Positions 50,201 through 63,443 of a DNA stretch of 64,000 bases are shown here, piece by piece. The notes beneath the pieces are model-generated. The model did no database searches and was not told the DNA's origin. It worked only from the letters and a program-made list of their open reading frames with translations. Every line of letters starts with the position of its first letter. Within the stretch, counting starts at the first letter, position 1. A program made the translations under genes and the position numbers. Origin of the DNA: Phoronis australis (lineage: Eukaryota; Animalia; Phoronida); NCBI GenBank assembly GCA_002633005.1, contig NMRA01000953.1, positions 25,741 to 89,740 of the forward strand. Reading direction: 5' to 3'.

Positions 50201-53200
50201 CAACCAGGTTATGTCGATGATCATGGGCTTTGCAGATTTTGGGACAATGATTAAAAATTAAACACATGAACCAATGCTATATGGTCCACTTATATTTTAC
50301 TGTGTACGTGTAGTCTTATATGTTTTTTTTTGATCTTCCAAACGTCTGCGCTGCCTTGCTTCGAGCGAATGTCAATACACAACTAACAAACTAAGAATTA
50401 TCACCGCTATGCTCATTTTGTAGTCCCCTGGTAAAGGAAAGCTCTGGTCATGAAAATCTGAAACGGGATGATATTCTACCTCGTGAGGTAAGGTGTTTGG
50501 CGCTTTACAACAATGCAATATTTCATAGCGTTTGGAAGAGTATGACAGAGATTTTTATTTCATAGTCCTCGAATAGCAAACATAATTATGATGATGGTGA
50601 AAACAATACGACTAATCCGATGGTGCAGTTAGAAATAGCCACCACATGAGGTGCGTGGCAGGTGAAAGTTCCCTTCGAATTTCTGCAATTTCCTTGAGTG
50701 TACTTTAATATAATTTTAGATTTACATTATATAATAGTCATTGCTCTGGTATAATAGTACATTTCAGTGTCAACCATCACCATTTCAGCATGTTAGGTTA
50801 TTTGGTCACAATTTTTGCATCGGTACTTTGAAATTTTTGTATTTACTTACACGTTTTATCAGCCACGAGTCTTACTTGGCTGATGAGCCAAATTAGCAAA
50901 TTTAATTTACAAAACTGTTAAAATATTTGATGTTTGGAACTGACAAGTTGTACAGCACTTATTGAAGTGTGAAGATTCTTTTATTATTATTGACTATAGT
51001 AAACACGTTAACTTCATATTTTATTTGACATTTTCATATTACATGTCTGTGTTTGAATCAAACGTCCCCTCTGTCACATAACTGCAACTTTAAATACACG
51101 TATATTTATATTTATACCACATTATTAGCCTCGAATGGCAGATACAACGTGCCGGACAAAGTTAGCGGTATCTGAATATCACCTGGGTCAACAACCAGGT
51201 TATGTCGATGATCAACGGTGTAATAACTGAGGCCGGATTCGAACCCGGGCGTCAAGAGTTTCGAGTCGCCGACTTTACCACTACACCACTCATAATTACG
51301 TACATAAAATCTACAACTCCGATTTCAGAAACCACCTCGCCTGTTTCACTTGAGCAATATGACGGCTGAAATCAACGATAGCATGGAGTGCATCAAAAGA
51401 TATGACGACAAGTGTAAGTGAGCTTCATCATAAGGAACATGTGTGTATTTGTCAGTCACACGGTAGAATTGATTTAAACTTCTCAAACAGCGTTTTTTTT
51501 TTATTCTACGCGGGAACTTGTGTCACTGGTTTGCAGATTGAGACTATCTCCAACAACGTTCGTGTAGATATTGATAATTTTGTTCGAGATACCCGCAGGG
51601 AATTCTAAACAGACGTTCCATAAGACCAGTTCTTTCGCAGATGCAACAAACCGCACTGAATGCGTCCATCAACTGAAAGAAAGTTTAAAGAAGTTGTATC
51701 CAGAAGACTTGGTTGCTCTGGGAAGTGACTTACTAGACCGCACGTGCTCTGAACACGACAACAGGTGCCAGGATGATCGCTATTTGATTATTGACGTGAT
51801 GTGTCAGATAGCGGCGCCTGGTGTACAGTCTTTGTTGGTAAGGCGCGTGCTCAAACGACCGCATCCCAACGAAGAGGAAGTTGCACGTATTCTGTTCCAG
51901 TTTGTTGGTCTTGATCAACCAAACCAGGTAAAGTGGATCTTTGTGATGTTTTCAAAAACATGAGTCGCTTGTCGACAATGTCAGGAGCCGTTTTAAACAA
52001 AATTAACACTCCGGAAGCAGATCAGTCACTGAGAAAGGTAATCATTTAAAGTTGTTTATCGTTGGTATTATTATACTTTATGCAGTTATTTGTATGAAAG
52101 ACTTCTGACTCAAAGTACAGTAAACATAAATTAATCAGGCAAACTTGCCCACGCACTGAACCTATTTAAGATTTGTTCTCTTCTTGTAAGGGCATCAGTA
52201 CACATATTTAATAGCATACATATCGGGTTTCGCTGGCAAACGTACATGTATACATTATTCTTGAGTTGGATGCTTCCACTGAACTTCTTTCATGAAACGT
52301 GACGATCTACGTTGATAATATTTCTTGCAAATAAACAGGAGCCGATACTCTTCCACTACATGTACAAGACCTTCATTGCAAATCGATCATATTTTTTAGT
52401 CATATTGCACTTTCTCATGCCTATCGACTTCCACTTGAAGCCTATGGTAAGAACAACTTAACCGAGTAAACGTTTAAGAACGCAGTAGTATTTAAGTTTT
52501 CTATTGTGCTCTATTTCTGATCGACTACCATGCTCATATCAGTCATTAACTCTTTAAGCGACGAAATTTAAAACCGACTCTTTGCATGCGACACTCCCTT
52601 CATTCAACTAAATTTCATAAAAACCGTGCTTTAATAGCAAATGTCTAACAGAAGATATCCAAGTATTTTTTTTTCATTCCGATCTAAATAGGCTAACATG
52701 TCGTCAGCCGCTTTAGCGTTTCTAGTAAGAAGCATTTTTAACAACTTTAGCCGATACTTTACACGTTACATAATACTTTCCATCACGTTAACGTGTCTTG
52801 GGGTCTTCACAGGCGCATTTGATCATTCAAAGCAACTTCACCGTTTTCTCATTCTTTGGCTGAATTAAAATGCCTGGAATTCCTCCGAACGCTCCATGAA
52901 CAAGACAACAAATGCCCTGACGAATAATTACTGTCTGCCAGTTATTCTGCTAAAAGTAAGAAGAGACAGTGTGAGCTAATGTGATTGGTGCCCGCATTTT
53001 TTACTCAAGGTCGTGGGTTCGAGTTCCAGTGGGTCACACTGCTAAGACCATGAGCCAAGTTTCTAGCACGGCAGCTCGGTTTTAAGCTTAAAAATGGTTC
53101 CAGGTGATCAGTGCAATGGGCCCACATGCGCGGCCTGCGCAAGTCTTGTACAACGTGTATCCTATCGCCTGCAATTATTTTATTTTATTTTATTTTATTC

Positions 53201-56200
53201 TATTAAAAGTCATTTCTAAACCTGAATAAAAACGAGGTGAGATATTTTGAAAATTTGTATGCACGTATACCATCAGCCTTAATCAGAAGTTGTTATTTCT
53301 TTAGAAGGCGTGGTCTTATTGTCGCTTCAAAGTTATGTAGGACCGTATGGACAAGTTTGTAGATTAAGCCATACATCTACAAAACTGTAGGTTCTAAGTC
53401 ATCAAAACTATACATTTTCTGAAACTAGAAAGTTTGTAAAGTTTGTTTTTTACGTTGTACTTACCTGCGCCAAGTTTATCATGACCTTGCTTTTTAAGAA
53501 GAATTGAGCACAAAGTAAAGGTGCAGCTATAGCAAAAGAAGGATCACTAAAATAACCAATTTAGTATAATGCAAATGTTCAAGATAACATTTTAAAAAAC
53601 TGTTACAGTTTTCTAAAAAATCATTTTATTTTGTTTTAAGCAACAGTTTCATAAAATCCTTGAAGTCTTATTTTTGATATTCCCTCATGGGAAAGTGGAA
53701 CATTTTAAAAAAGGATACTTACAGCGCTTTGTAAAACAGTGCATGAAGCAAGAGACGCTGTATTCGAAACTTTCCTGTGAATCCAATAAACCATATCTGA
53801 GATACGATGTTCCGAAATTGGCCAAAATTGGAATTTTTCTAACGCATTGCATAACCTTAAGTTGTCAGATTTTTAATTTCTAAAACCTTATGACAAACCA
53901 GTTTCTATACATTGAACTACTTATTGTTTAGCAACAAACATTTTAGAGTTCTCTTATCAACATTTAGGATGTCGTCAATGCCGTGCGTGAACTATGTTTA
54001 GGGAAGGACAAGAGGAACCATGGTAAGTGAAAAACAATTATTATACTAAATGCCTGATCACGATCTTAATGTAAGGGGCGGGGGGTGTTGGTACAGAACA
54101 GCTATTACTGGGTTTTGCAAAGCAGAAAACACATCGAAGGACTTGTCAAATTCTTTTCCCTCTGTCTAAAATTCTAAGAACAGAGTGAACAGTTTTGAGT
54201 TTTTAGTGTATTTCACATCACGAGCCCTAAAGATGAGCGCAGAAACATTATTGTATCTTGTATTTTTGAGGATACATGCAACCCCTACTATACTTCAAGC
54301 TTGCCCCTAGGCCTAGCCTATGCTTAGCTAGAATTTAACATGTTCGCACCGCAAATTGGTCGCGGTTGAACTGTTCAGCACCACGTTACACATGTAACGG
54401 ATGTTTATACGACCTCCTGGTACTATCTTCACTTTAAGCTCGATTCTTATCGCAACCGCAATCAAATCTTGCGTGGTATGACATGTTGCTGCTAACACGT
54501 TGATCAAGCTCATTGGTTTGTGTCATGAAAGTGATTTAAAACTTAAGACAGAAATCTGGTCTTTCACTCCCACTTCACTGTAGCTGAAAAAAGCTTAGTC
54601 AAGCACTTATGATCACGTCACTGTCAAGAAATATTGTGTTAAAATCATCTCTTTACTTCGCAGATATGTGTATACAAACTTGCGTAGAGACTACAGTCAA
54701 ACGTTTGCTTTAACTCTTAGTCACTTTTTATGGAACAGAAGCCTGGCTGATTCCTGCCCAGTTTATCTTTGTTCATAGGTGGTCTTGATTGTCTGGTCAA
54801 CGTACAGTACATATTCCGTTAAAGCCTAACTTCAACGGAACTTTGATATTTTAGATGTATTGGGCTAACCAGTTAGTGCTAGCTAGGTCTCAGGAAAATA
54901 AGAAAATGCAACCCCAAAATGATAGGGGAAGCTGTCTTTTCATGCCATATTGCGTAACTTCGCGAGGTCCCAGCACAACAAAAAACCGATAGGCTTTACA
55001 AATTGAATCGGGGTCGGAAGTGAATTTCACACAATTGTCTAAAAAACATTTTCAAGTATTGTATCGTCTCCTTTGTGTGATGTTGATAAGAGAATAGCTA
55101 AAAGCCAGCACAATGTATATAAGCTTATGACGTATTAAACGGTAAATGCCATATAAACATCATTGATTGTCACTAGAGTCTCACTAAAACATTTGGTTTA
55201 TTCAGGATTTCACAACACATCCCAGCAGACTCATAGTGCTTGTTTAACTCTCGGAGGACTGGCCAAGACTATTTCTAAAACAAACAAGACACTCGCCACA
55301 GAAATTGTGTTAGAATTAGCTACTTGGGTTGGCCGACATGACGGAGGTAAGTACATGTAATTAGAGCTATTTTCATGTATGACCGTTTATTTCGCTACTA
55401 CGATTGCTAGTCGCAGGTCGTTCCGGTGGCCATCCTCGCGTGTATTTGATTGTATGTACTGATCGAATTTGTGGTTCCTCTTATCTTAATGGTGGTAAGC
55501 TGTAATTAATAAAGCCATTGTGAAACATGCACTCGTATTTTGAGTATCAGAATATGCTTCCGTAATGAATATTTCACGATTGGAATGGAACAGATTACTT
55601 CCGCGTTTCCAAAATCTGCATCAAAACAAGGCACACCTATCTGCATTTTTCGTCCTACAGTACATGTAGGTGTGTGCGACTAAACATCCTTCCCGGGTTT
55701 TTCAAAATGTTCATATTGAAACGTAAAGGTTTCGTTGAAAAGCCCATCCCATGGGCGCACCCAGGGGGCTCGTTTGGTGAATTGGGCAAAAAAGGTCCGG
55801 CTCAGTGAAACAAAACGTTCGGATAAACGAGACAAAAGTCTACAAAGTCCAAGGGAAGTCGGCGCTGATGCACAATACGTGGGCCTGAACCTAGTGGCTC
55901 CGTTTTCTTTAGTCCTTGTTGACTTTTTTCAGTAAAAAGTCCGCATATCGAAAAATTCGAGCCCCCATAAATTTTAGACTGGGTACGCGCATGCATCCCC
56001 AATTTGTTTGCCAGTAACCTTCATCCACATACATGTTTGCCGTTATAGTGAGCACTTAAGTGCGAAGAACTTCTGGTACCTCTAACAATTCCCTCTCCTC
56101 CAACCTCGGGTTGCAACAAAGAAACACTGCTGTGCATTTTCAGGCGAAGCTGCTTTGATGTTGCGCGTCCAGTTGCTGAAATCAGCGTAACCGCCTGGGT

Positions 56201-59200
56201 CCATACTTCAAATCGGTTGAAAGTCACAATCTATCGGTTACACCAGGTTACGAAAACTGAGTAACTAGCGACCTGTAATTTGAGAAAAACCGACGATATA
56301 TAATCACAACCCACAGAAAACGCATGGTAAAATTGCAACCAGGATGACCCACGCTTGTGTTCAAGTAGCAATCTTGATGACAGAAATGGGCGTGCAGCTC
56401 CCCCATTGTTCATTTCACAAACTTTACTCACTATAAAGTCCCACGAGTCTTTTGGAATATACCAGTGCAATTAATAGAGTACTACCTTTATCCAAGAAGA
56501 TTTATTCTAGTGATTTCTTGTTTTTCAGGATTGCCAGTCATCGCTAAGACCTTTTGATTACAAGACCGAACGTGAAAACAACGATTTAATTTTTTGATTT
56601 TTTTGAAATAAGTTCACTTATATGGTTTCAGCCCTTCATACCGGCCAACGTGTTCGAAAGTCGATTAATGTGAAAAACGAAACGGAAGACGATTACGTGC
56701 TCTCCAAAATGGTGTTGATCGAAGCGTTGGGGAACACAGGTCATGCCGACGCTCTTGGTCACATTATATCGTACGCCAAGCCGAACGCAGGTCATTCATC
56801 ATGGCGTAGATCGGCTATTAACGCTTTGCGTTGGTACACATGTAAAGAGGTAATTTTGATATGGGCTTTAATTTAATTGGCATAAAGTAAATTTAATCGT
56901 CTATATAACCAATTTCAGGTCTAAAGTTCGGTTAGTGTTCGCAAAAATGTCATTTTCGAGCTTTTATAGATCAGATGTTAGGATTGTTTCACTTCGATTA
57001 AAGTCGTGACTGAGTTATAGGCTTGTTTCGTTTCACACAAAGCATCGCTTTAAGTCTGTATTTTCTTTGTTACCACATCAGTTAGTTGATGATGGGCAGG
57101 TACATATTATAGCGCATGCATAACTCCAGTAACCGGAAGCGGGGTAATCCTTTCGCAAAAAATTACGAAACTGCTTCACCGTTCCACTGTTGTGTTATCG
57201 CTACTTCAGTCATGTCCGATTCTGTTTCCGGTTAGCGTTCAATTGAAGAAGATACAAGCATCTTCGATAAAAATGAAATAAACATTACGAAGGCTTTGAT
57301 GCCCGAATTTGCATCTGGACTGGTGCGTGAAATATCAAGTTGATTGAACTCCTACTACTCGTTGTCAAAGCCATGCAAGAATTTCCCTAGACAAATTTTA
57401 TGATGTTTTGTGCTCTGTTCTAAGTCGTGCGAAGGTGACATGTTTAGCAATAGTTTTTCTACATAAAAAGTGACACACCACATTCATATTGATCGTTTAT
57501 TTAAATAACATCAACTGGTCAACCTGCAAACATTTTCAAAACACTTCCTAATGAAGTTTTGGAAGACAAAGAATAAAGCATGACGTAAAGCGGACGAGCT
57601 ATTTGTACATCTGTATGATGTTCCGAAGTTTTGGGGAGATTTCTAGGGTCTTTTAAAGCTTTAATATGGATGTTAATTTTTCATTGTCTGTAGTCTCTGC
57701 AGATTACTCTGCCGTGAATTAGAAATTATCAGTTATAGCCCACGCATTGATTGCACGCCAGCACTGGAGACTAAACTATTCTAAGAACGAGTTTAAATAA
57801 AATAAAACCGAATCCAGTGTGATTAACACGTCTTTAAAACTTTTGTGGTCAATATTTTCTTGGTGGGGCTATTTCTAGGTGTTTTGAATACGACGAGATG
57901 ACTTGACGACTTTTCAACTGCCTCGACTTTGGGGCAACCACTTTCTCGGATAGGTTGGGATTATTTCTTCTATGCACCTGGAGTTTGAGATTAACAGTTT
58001 TGACGTGAAGTAATTAGTGATGAATCTGGCTTTAAAACAAATCACATCAGTACCTTTGGTTTTATGAAACGGGTGTAAATGAGTCGTTTTATGTTGCTTG
58101 TATTTTTATAAAAAAATATTCACACGTGGGCTTTAACTAAAATGTTACATGTATTTCACCTATTAGAGTGCATCTGTTCTCATGGACACGGCACTGAACG
58201 ATCGTTACGAGACTGTGCGAGAGTTAGCTCACAACCGTTATGAAAAACACCCCATGCGACGAAATATGAGCTCAGACGAGTTCAATATGGTTTTTGCGTA
58301 AGTATTTTCCCTTGAAAGGTCTGGTTTAATATTCCATTTGAGGCGACTGTAAACCTCGTCTAAGATGCGAACAACTCAACGGTTAACATGTTTCTTTCGC
58401 AAACGGATAGTGATTTCTGCGTTTCGTTTGTCCCAGCTCTTTGAATCCCTGGAATCCCCTCAGATGTAACAAAGAAAGCTTTACAAATCACAATCAGATT
58501 TTTTGTTATGTAAGACCCTCTTAATCCGATTTAATTAGCATTCTAAATACCACATAACCCAAGCTGATTGATGCGAATGAATTTATTTTGCTGTAAGTCA
58601 TGCTTACATGTACATGTAGGTCTCTGCCATATGATTTAGTTTTAAAGTAAGTGGACTTTTCAATATTTTATTAGCAAATAACTGGGTTAACTTTACGTAA
58701 TAGCTGGGTTTTGGACCTGGATTCTACAATTATAATTCTTTATTAAACATCACGAAGAACTTGTCCTAAAATTGACAAAGCGAGGACAGTTGCAAATATT
58801 TATAGAACATTGTATAAGGTCATAAAACGTATTGCGGAGTAACTTGTACCATTATTGTCCGTTTTGTATTCTAGGAAGTCATACACCTACCCCCTTCTTC
58901 TGAAGAGTAGAAAAAGGCGGTTTTTGGCAAGACTATTTAAAGCACTGAGTTTCAAAGTCTACCTACCTGGCGTTGAATGGTCTAAAAAGATCGGCTCGAG
59001 AGCCATTGGCGCAAGTTTTGGTCTAAACATACGCAATGGCGTGAGACTGCAACTAAGTAAGAAAAAGCAGACTTTGGAGCCATACTGTGCAGTACATGAA
59101 ACAGGAACTGCGTTAACTTTACAAATGTCTTTCAGGACTCACACATCAGAGATATCTCGTTACGAAAGATGTGCATTGACAAAAAACCCCTTCAAAATCC

Positions 59201-61686
59201 AGACGCACTTTAACAAGATCTCAATATCTTGCAATGGGACGCAACGCGTGTGGCGGACAGACTACAATGTCCTAAATACAGTAAAATTTCATCCCACCGT
59301 CATTCACATTAAATTGTGTGGGAAATTAATACAGATTTATACCAACAACTGAGCTAATACGAATAACTGAGTTGAACTCATACGATTTTTTCCTCAGAAT
59401 TGTCACTGGTATAGTTACTGTATTTTTAGAGCCACTTTCGGGATTTTTTGAGGTTGATATCGACAACGAAGCATATGTTCAGGGATTGGTTGGATTCATG
59501 AATTGGGAATTCGACATCTTCCGCGCCAAGGCGTGTTACCGTGGTGATATAAGCTACAACCTAAACATATTGAAGGTAAGCTGTGTTACTCCCTTGTGAC
59601 AGCTTATTTACACTGACCTCATTTTAATACATTTGCATTTGCACCCAAATTCAACCGATTAACAAAGACACACTTTCGTCATAAATTTTACAGGATTTTG
59701 GCATCAATGACATCTCACAACTGGCAACTATTTTTGACAAAATACATGACAATGTGGTGGACCCCATTAGAAAAACTATCGAGGCATTTCAAAAAGTGAT
59801 GGAATTTGTTAAAGGTAAGTCCAGTGTGTCTGCTCGACTTGAAAATTAAGATAAGTACTAACTCGAGGTAAGAATGTCTGGGCATGATCCTCAGAGAGAC
59901 GAAACTCTACCTCTGTGAAAAGCACGTTGTGTCGAGTTCTAATCCGATAAAAATGCAATTCATCATGTTCGTGGTGTAACCATGCATTTAGAAGTCTAAG
60001 CATAACATGTCAACTCCAGGTATATCCATGATAGAGCTGATGAACTTTCGATTGTCTGTTAAAAGTTGTCAAGCCTAACAAAACTTCATTTTTGTCTTGT
60101 CATTTCTTCATAGCGGCAACATTTATTATCTGAGTGTTTGTTCTGGAAATATAAAAGAAATGTTTAGGTCCTACAATTTATTTACAAGTGCGTGTGCGTG
60201 TATGTGTGTGTGTGGGTGTGTGTGTGCGTGCGTGTCCACGCGTACACGTGCGCGTCCTACTGAGTGTGCACGCGTTTGTGTGCGTTTGTGCGCGGGCGTG
60301 TATTAATGTGTTTAGTATTACTTTTATACTGTTCCAGGTATAACCCATATGCCCGATGTCAATATGTTACCTGGATACTTCTTCCCATACTTGTGAAATA
60401 AAAGTTGTAAAATTTGCCTTGTAAAAAATTCCAATCCAACACTTAGTGAACCAACAGCCAACAGTACCCTGTCTTAATAATTGACATGCTCTTGGAGAGT
60501 GGCCCATTCCGCCACACCATCCAAATGCCCTGCGATAGTTTGACACACGGAGAAATTGACACATTTTCGCTCTGTACTATTGTAATTTACCTCATGACAT
60601 AGCCTTTTTTGTTTTTCTACTAAAGAGAAAAACTGACGTTACATGACTTTTACGAGACCCGGACAAAACTATCGCAAACATGTCGTCTGCTGTCTCTCGT
60701 TCACAGTAACGGACACTGCGTGTAATAGTATCACTAATATACGCAATACATGTTTGTCCATGTCCTATGTACCATAATGCACTTACTGGGGACAAATAAA
60801 ACAACTAGAATAATGTACTACATTTTAAGTTGTATTGGGAATTTCAGGGTCACAGCTCTACAAATAAATATTTCACAGAAGGAACCTTAATTACAATAGA
60901 TAACACACACATTTCCGATACCCAAAGTACAATTGAGTATCGGATGCTAAGTGGCACAGGTTAGCATAGTACCAAATGGGTACATAATACCAAATGGGTA
61001 TTGGCCGATTGCCTACCAACTGGGTCGAGCAAAACGGCAAATTCAATAACAAGTACCAAGTGGGTACAAACTGCCAAATGGGCAAATATCATATAAAGTA
61101 CCAAGTGTGTACACTAAACAGCCAACTGGGCTATAACAACCTGCAAAGCAGGGTTCCGGACAAGCTGAGTTAGCAGACCAGCCGGAGTGATAAAAAGAGA
61201 TATTGTAAGGAACGTGGTGTTGTGGCTCAGTTTGTGCTGAGAGATGTGACCGGGGTGAAAGAAGCAAGCTGCAGTGATGGATGCTCGAGTACAGGTCGTG
61301 TCCTTAGCCAATGACGTCGGATCTTGCCGGACGGTATTACGAGGTGGTGGCTTTTTCTCCCCTTGCCGCACCGTGGATGCAGGTGTGTTCAGAACTCGTT
61401 GACTAGTCTCGTACTTGTCTTGTTTTCAGTGTCCCTGTCGCATTACAATTAACGCTGTTTGCTGGTACTTCTAGATGGAGGGTTACGCAACCTAATCAGT
61501 AAACTCGTTGACGTCGTCAAAGGACTTCCTCGGAAACTGAAAGAAATAGTTGAGAACATTATTAAGTTTGCCAAGATCGTAAGTGATTACGGCAAATTGC
61601 CTTGGATAGAAGCAGTGAAGAAAGTCATTTACCGCGTAAAGCACTTTGTTGAGGATGTCAAGGGCGATATTGTTGACTTTTATAAT
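44243..61686 (+). CDS. Secreted large lipid-transfer-type protein (vitellogenin/MTP-like LPD_N N-terminus), 5' part; continues beyond the window
   Basis: 19 GT-AG, phase-consistent exons: 44243-44398, 45228-45318, 45944-45980, 46377-46497, 47141-47296, 47559-47650, 47867-47913, 48119-48173, 50424-50487, 51329-51413, 51641-51927, 53968-54022, 55206-55346, 56632-56849, 58167-58297, 58875-59056, 59430-59575, 59694-59814, 61475-61686 (2397 nt, 799 aa, open). Signal peptide plus LPD_N-type motifs FEDGHDYFYTY, PFLFERNDNGEI..VHY...LVNLKKVLSSVF, VNETDHSG, ACLTLGGLA, LIEALGNTG, RRSAINALR, followed by RKRR and amphipathic helices. Confidence 0.82.
46722..46830. repeat. (CAC/ACC)n-like low-complexity tract
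   Basis: accaccactaccacaccaccaccattaccactgccac is directly visible. Confidence 0.6.
51147..51289 (-). mobile_element. tRNA-derived SINE; a 68-bp piece is also present at 50156-50223
   Basis: Minus strand GTGGTGTAGTGGTAAAGTCGGCGACTCGAAACTCTTGACGCCCGGGTTCGAATCCGGC has an A box and a perfect B box (GGTTCGAATCC). The adjacent 68 bp acgtgccggacaaag...gtcgatgatca is repeated exactly ~1 kb upstream. Confidence 0.7.
55750..55993. mobile_element. 244-bp MITE with TIRs and a 5-bp target-site duplication
   Basis: Left CATGGGCGCACCCAG; right reverse complement CATGCGCGTACCCAG; flanked by CATCC at 55745-55749 and 55994-55998. Confidence 0.7.
60188..60301. repeat. (TG/CG)n microsatellite
   Basis: Directly visible gtgcgtgtgcgtgtatgtgtgtgtgtggg... 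Confidence 0.85.
60940..61110. repeat. Degenerate ~19-bp minisatellite (TACCAAATGGGTAC-like)
   Basis: gtaccaaatgggtac, taccaaatgggta, gtaccaagtgggtac, tgccaaatgggca and gtaccaagtgtgtac recur. Confidence 0.65.
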
Positions 61687-63443
61687 GTAAGTATTAAACG
61701 TAAGTATGTTGTTTATGGGGGCATTTTCGGCGAAAAAAGAAATTTGTAGAAATTAAGCAGATGCAATAAACATAACCTACTAATTCGCCAAAAGCAGCCG
61801 AAAGATTTGTGTATCTCAATGACATTGCTTTAAAAGGAAACTGTATTGTATTCCGAATAAAATTTGGGTAATTTTCTATGAGTTGTTGTTTAATTTCACA
61901 AATAATTCAACATCTAAAGTAAACTTTTAAAAATATTCTCTAACGAAGCTAAAAAATTACCCGCTTGAAGCGCTGCTTCTCGTTACGTATTTAGTGGGCG
62001 CAAAGTCACTGGCCTGTGTTAGCGTGAAGTCAAGTGGCGTTCTTAGTGTGAAATTTCGAGTCACCAGGGATACCTGTTTAAGCAAAGGAAATACAAAGTG
62101 ATACCCAGTCGTCGTCATCGTCAGACGAAGATTTGCCGGTGCAACCAGTCCATATCAACAATTTACAATGGTGTGTCACTGTCTTGGGCAATGTGGACTT
62201 CAGCCAGCCAGCTGCCAGCCAATACTCAGCCCTGTAAACTTGAAAGGTTGGTTAGCTACCGACTTCAGCTGTATGAAGGCTATCGTGCCACTGAGTGTTA
62301 AGCTCCGTTACACAGGGAAATTCCACACAGCCCGTTGAATACCCGGGTATAGTTGACTTATGCCCGTTACTTCGTCGTAAAAACTAAGGCTACATCAACA
62401 TATAAAGCTAACGGACCGACAAGGGTGCATGCAACATCTAGTAGTCAACCGGCACTCACCTTGTTCGTTGCAGCCGCTTAAGAGGAAATCAATTCAATAA
62501 ACTTCATTTTCTAGCATAATTCCGCCGCTTTTTGTAACAAAGAAGTGTGGGCGGCCGTTTCAAAAACAGCTCGCTCCTTAAAGCTTCGCAGCGCCAAGCA
62601 TTGTTGATGAACGCCTTGTCTTCACTCTCTGCAACCGGAAGGTAATATGCATGGGACCTTGAAATCGGCTATAAACCGGGCTTCCGTCACAAAACAGTGT
62701 GGAATAGACGACTTACCGCCATGGAATTCGGTTATCAAATTGTTGCTTACAGTAGTTAAACTGGTGACTCTACAAGTTGCTAGTCATTGTAGGCGTCCAG
62801 CATGCTCTTAACGAATGATAAGTGTCAATTCTCACCTGACTAACGAGCTACTGTAGTTGAGACCAGACTTATGCGGCAAGTGGTCCAAATCATGAGTTCT
62901 TTTTTAGGATTGAACGCAAGTTTGCAGGCGTTCCGAATGCATGTAATGCAGACCAGAAAAACACATTTTGAATATAAGACCAAGAACAATATACCGTGCA
63001 GTGCTCAATTTGGCCACCTCTAAGCCGCCACTGAGACTTCAGATTCTGCTTGACGACCAGGGAAAATGCCAAGACGCCACGAAGTCGTCGCAGCGAGTAT
63101 CAGCATTAGGCAATTATTCCCCATATTCTTTTCAAAATTTTTAGTGGCTTCCGAACTTTAAATTAGTAAAAACTTTCTTGGATTTATTACCTTTTTAATT
63201 GCTCTAATTATTTCATGAAATCGGTGCATTTGCCACCCGTAGCGCTTAAAATGCAACAGGGTGTAAATAGATGAAATCGAAATTGCTCGGCAAAAATCGA
63301 CAAGATCGCACCATGAAACGCACTTCCGATAGTTTGCGTGAGTCGCTGGTAGAGGAGGAAGTGAGTTAGAGGTTGAATGGTGCTTATTTTACTGGAGAAA
63401 TTGAAGAACCATGCGGCATATTCTGAGACCGGAAAAGGTAATN

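Noticed and set aside
51230-51289. Functional tRNA-Arg(TCG) gene
   Set aside because: A and B boxes are present, but the stems pair poorly and it is attached to a repeated body, so a SINE is more likely.
60940-61110. CRISPR-like repeat-spacer array
   Set aside because: Degenerate short units without unique regular spacers, eukaryotic context and no cas genes; it is a minisatellite.
61114-61371. Penelope/LINE ORF fragment
   Set aside because: Only a vague resemblance, with no RT or endonuclease motif visible.
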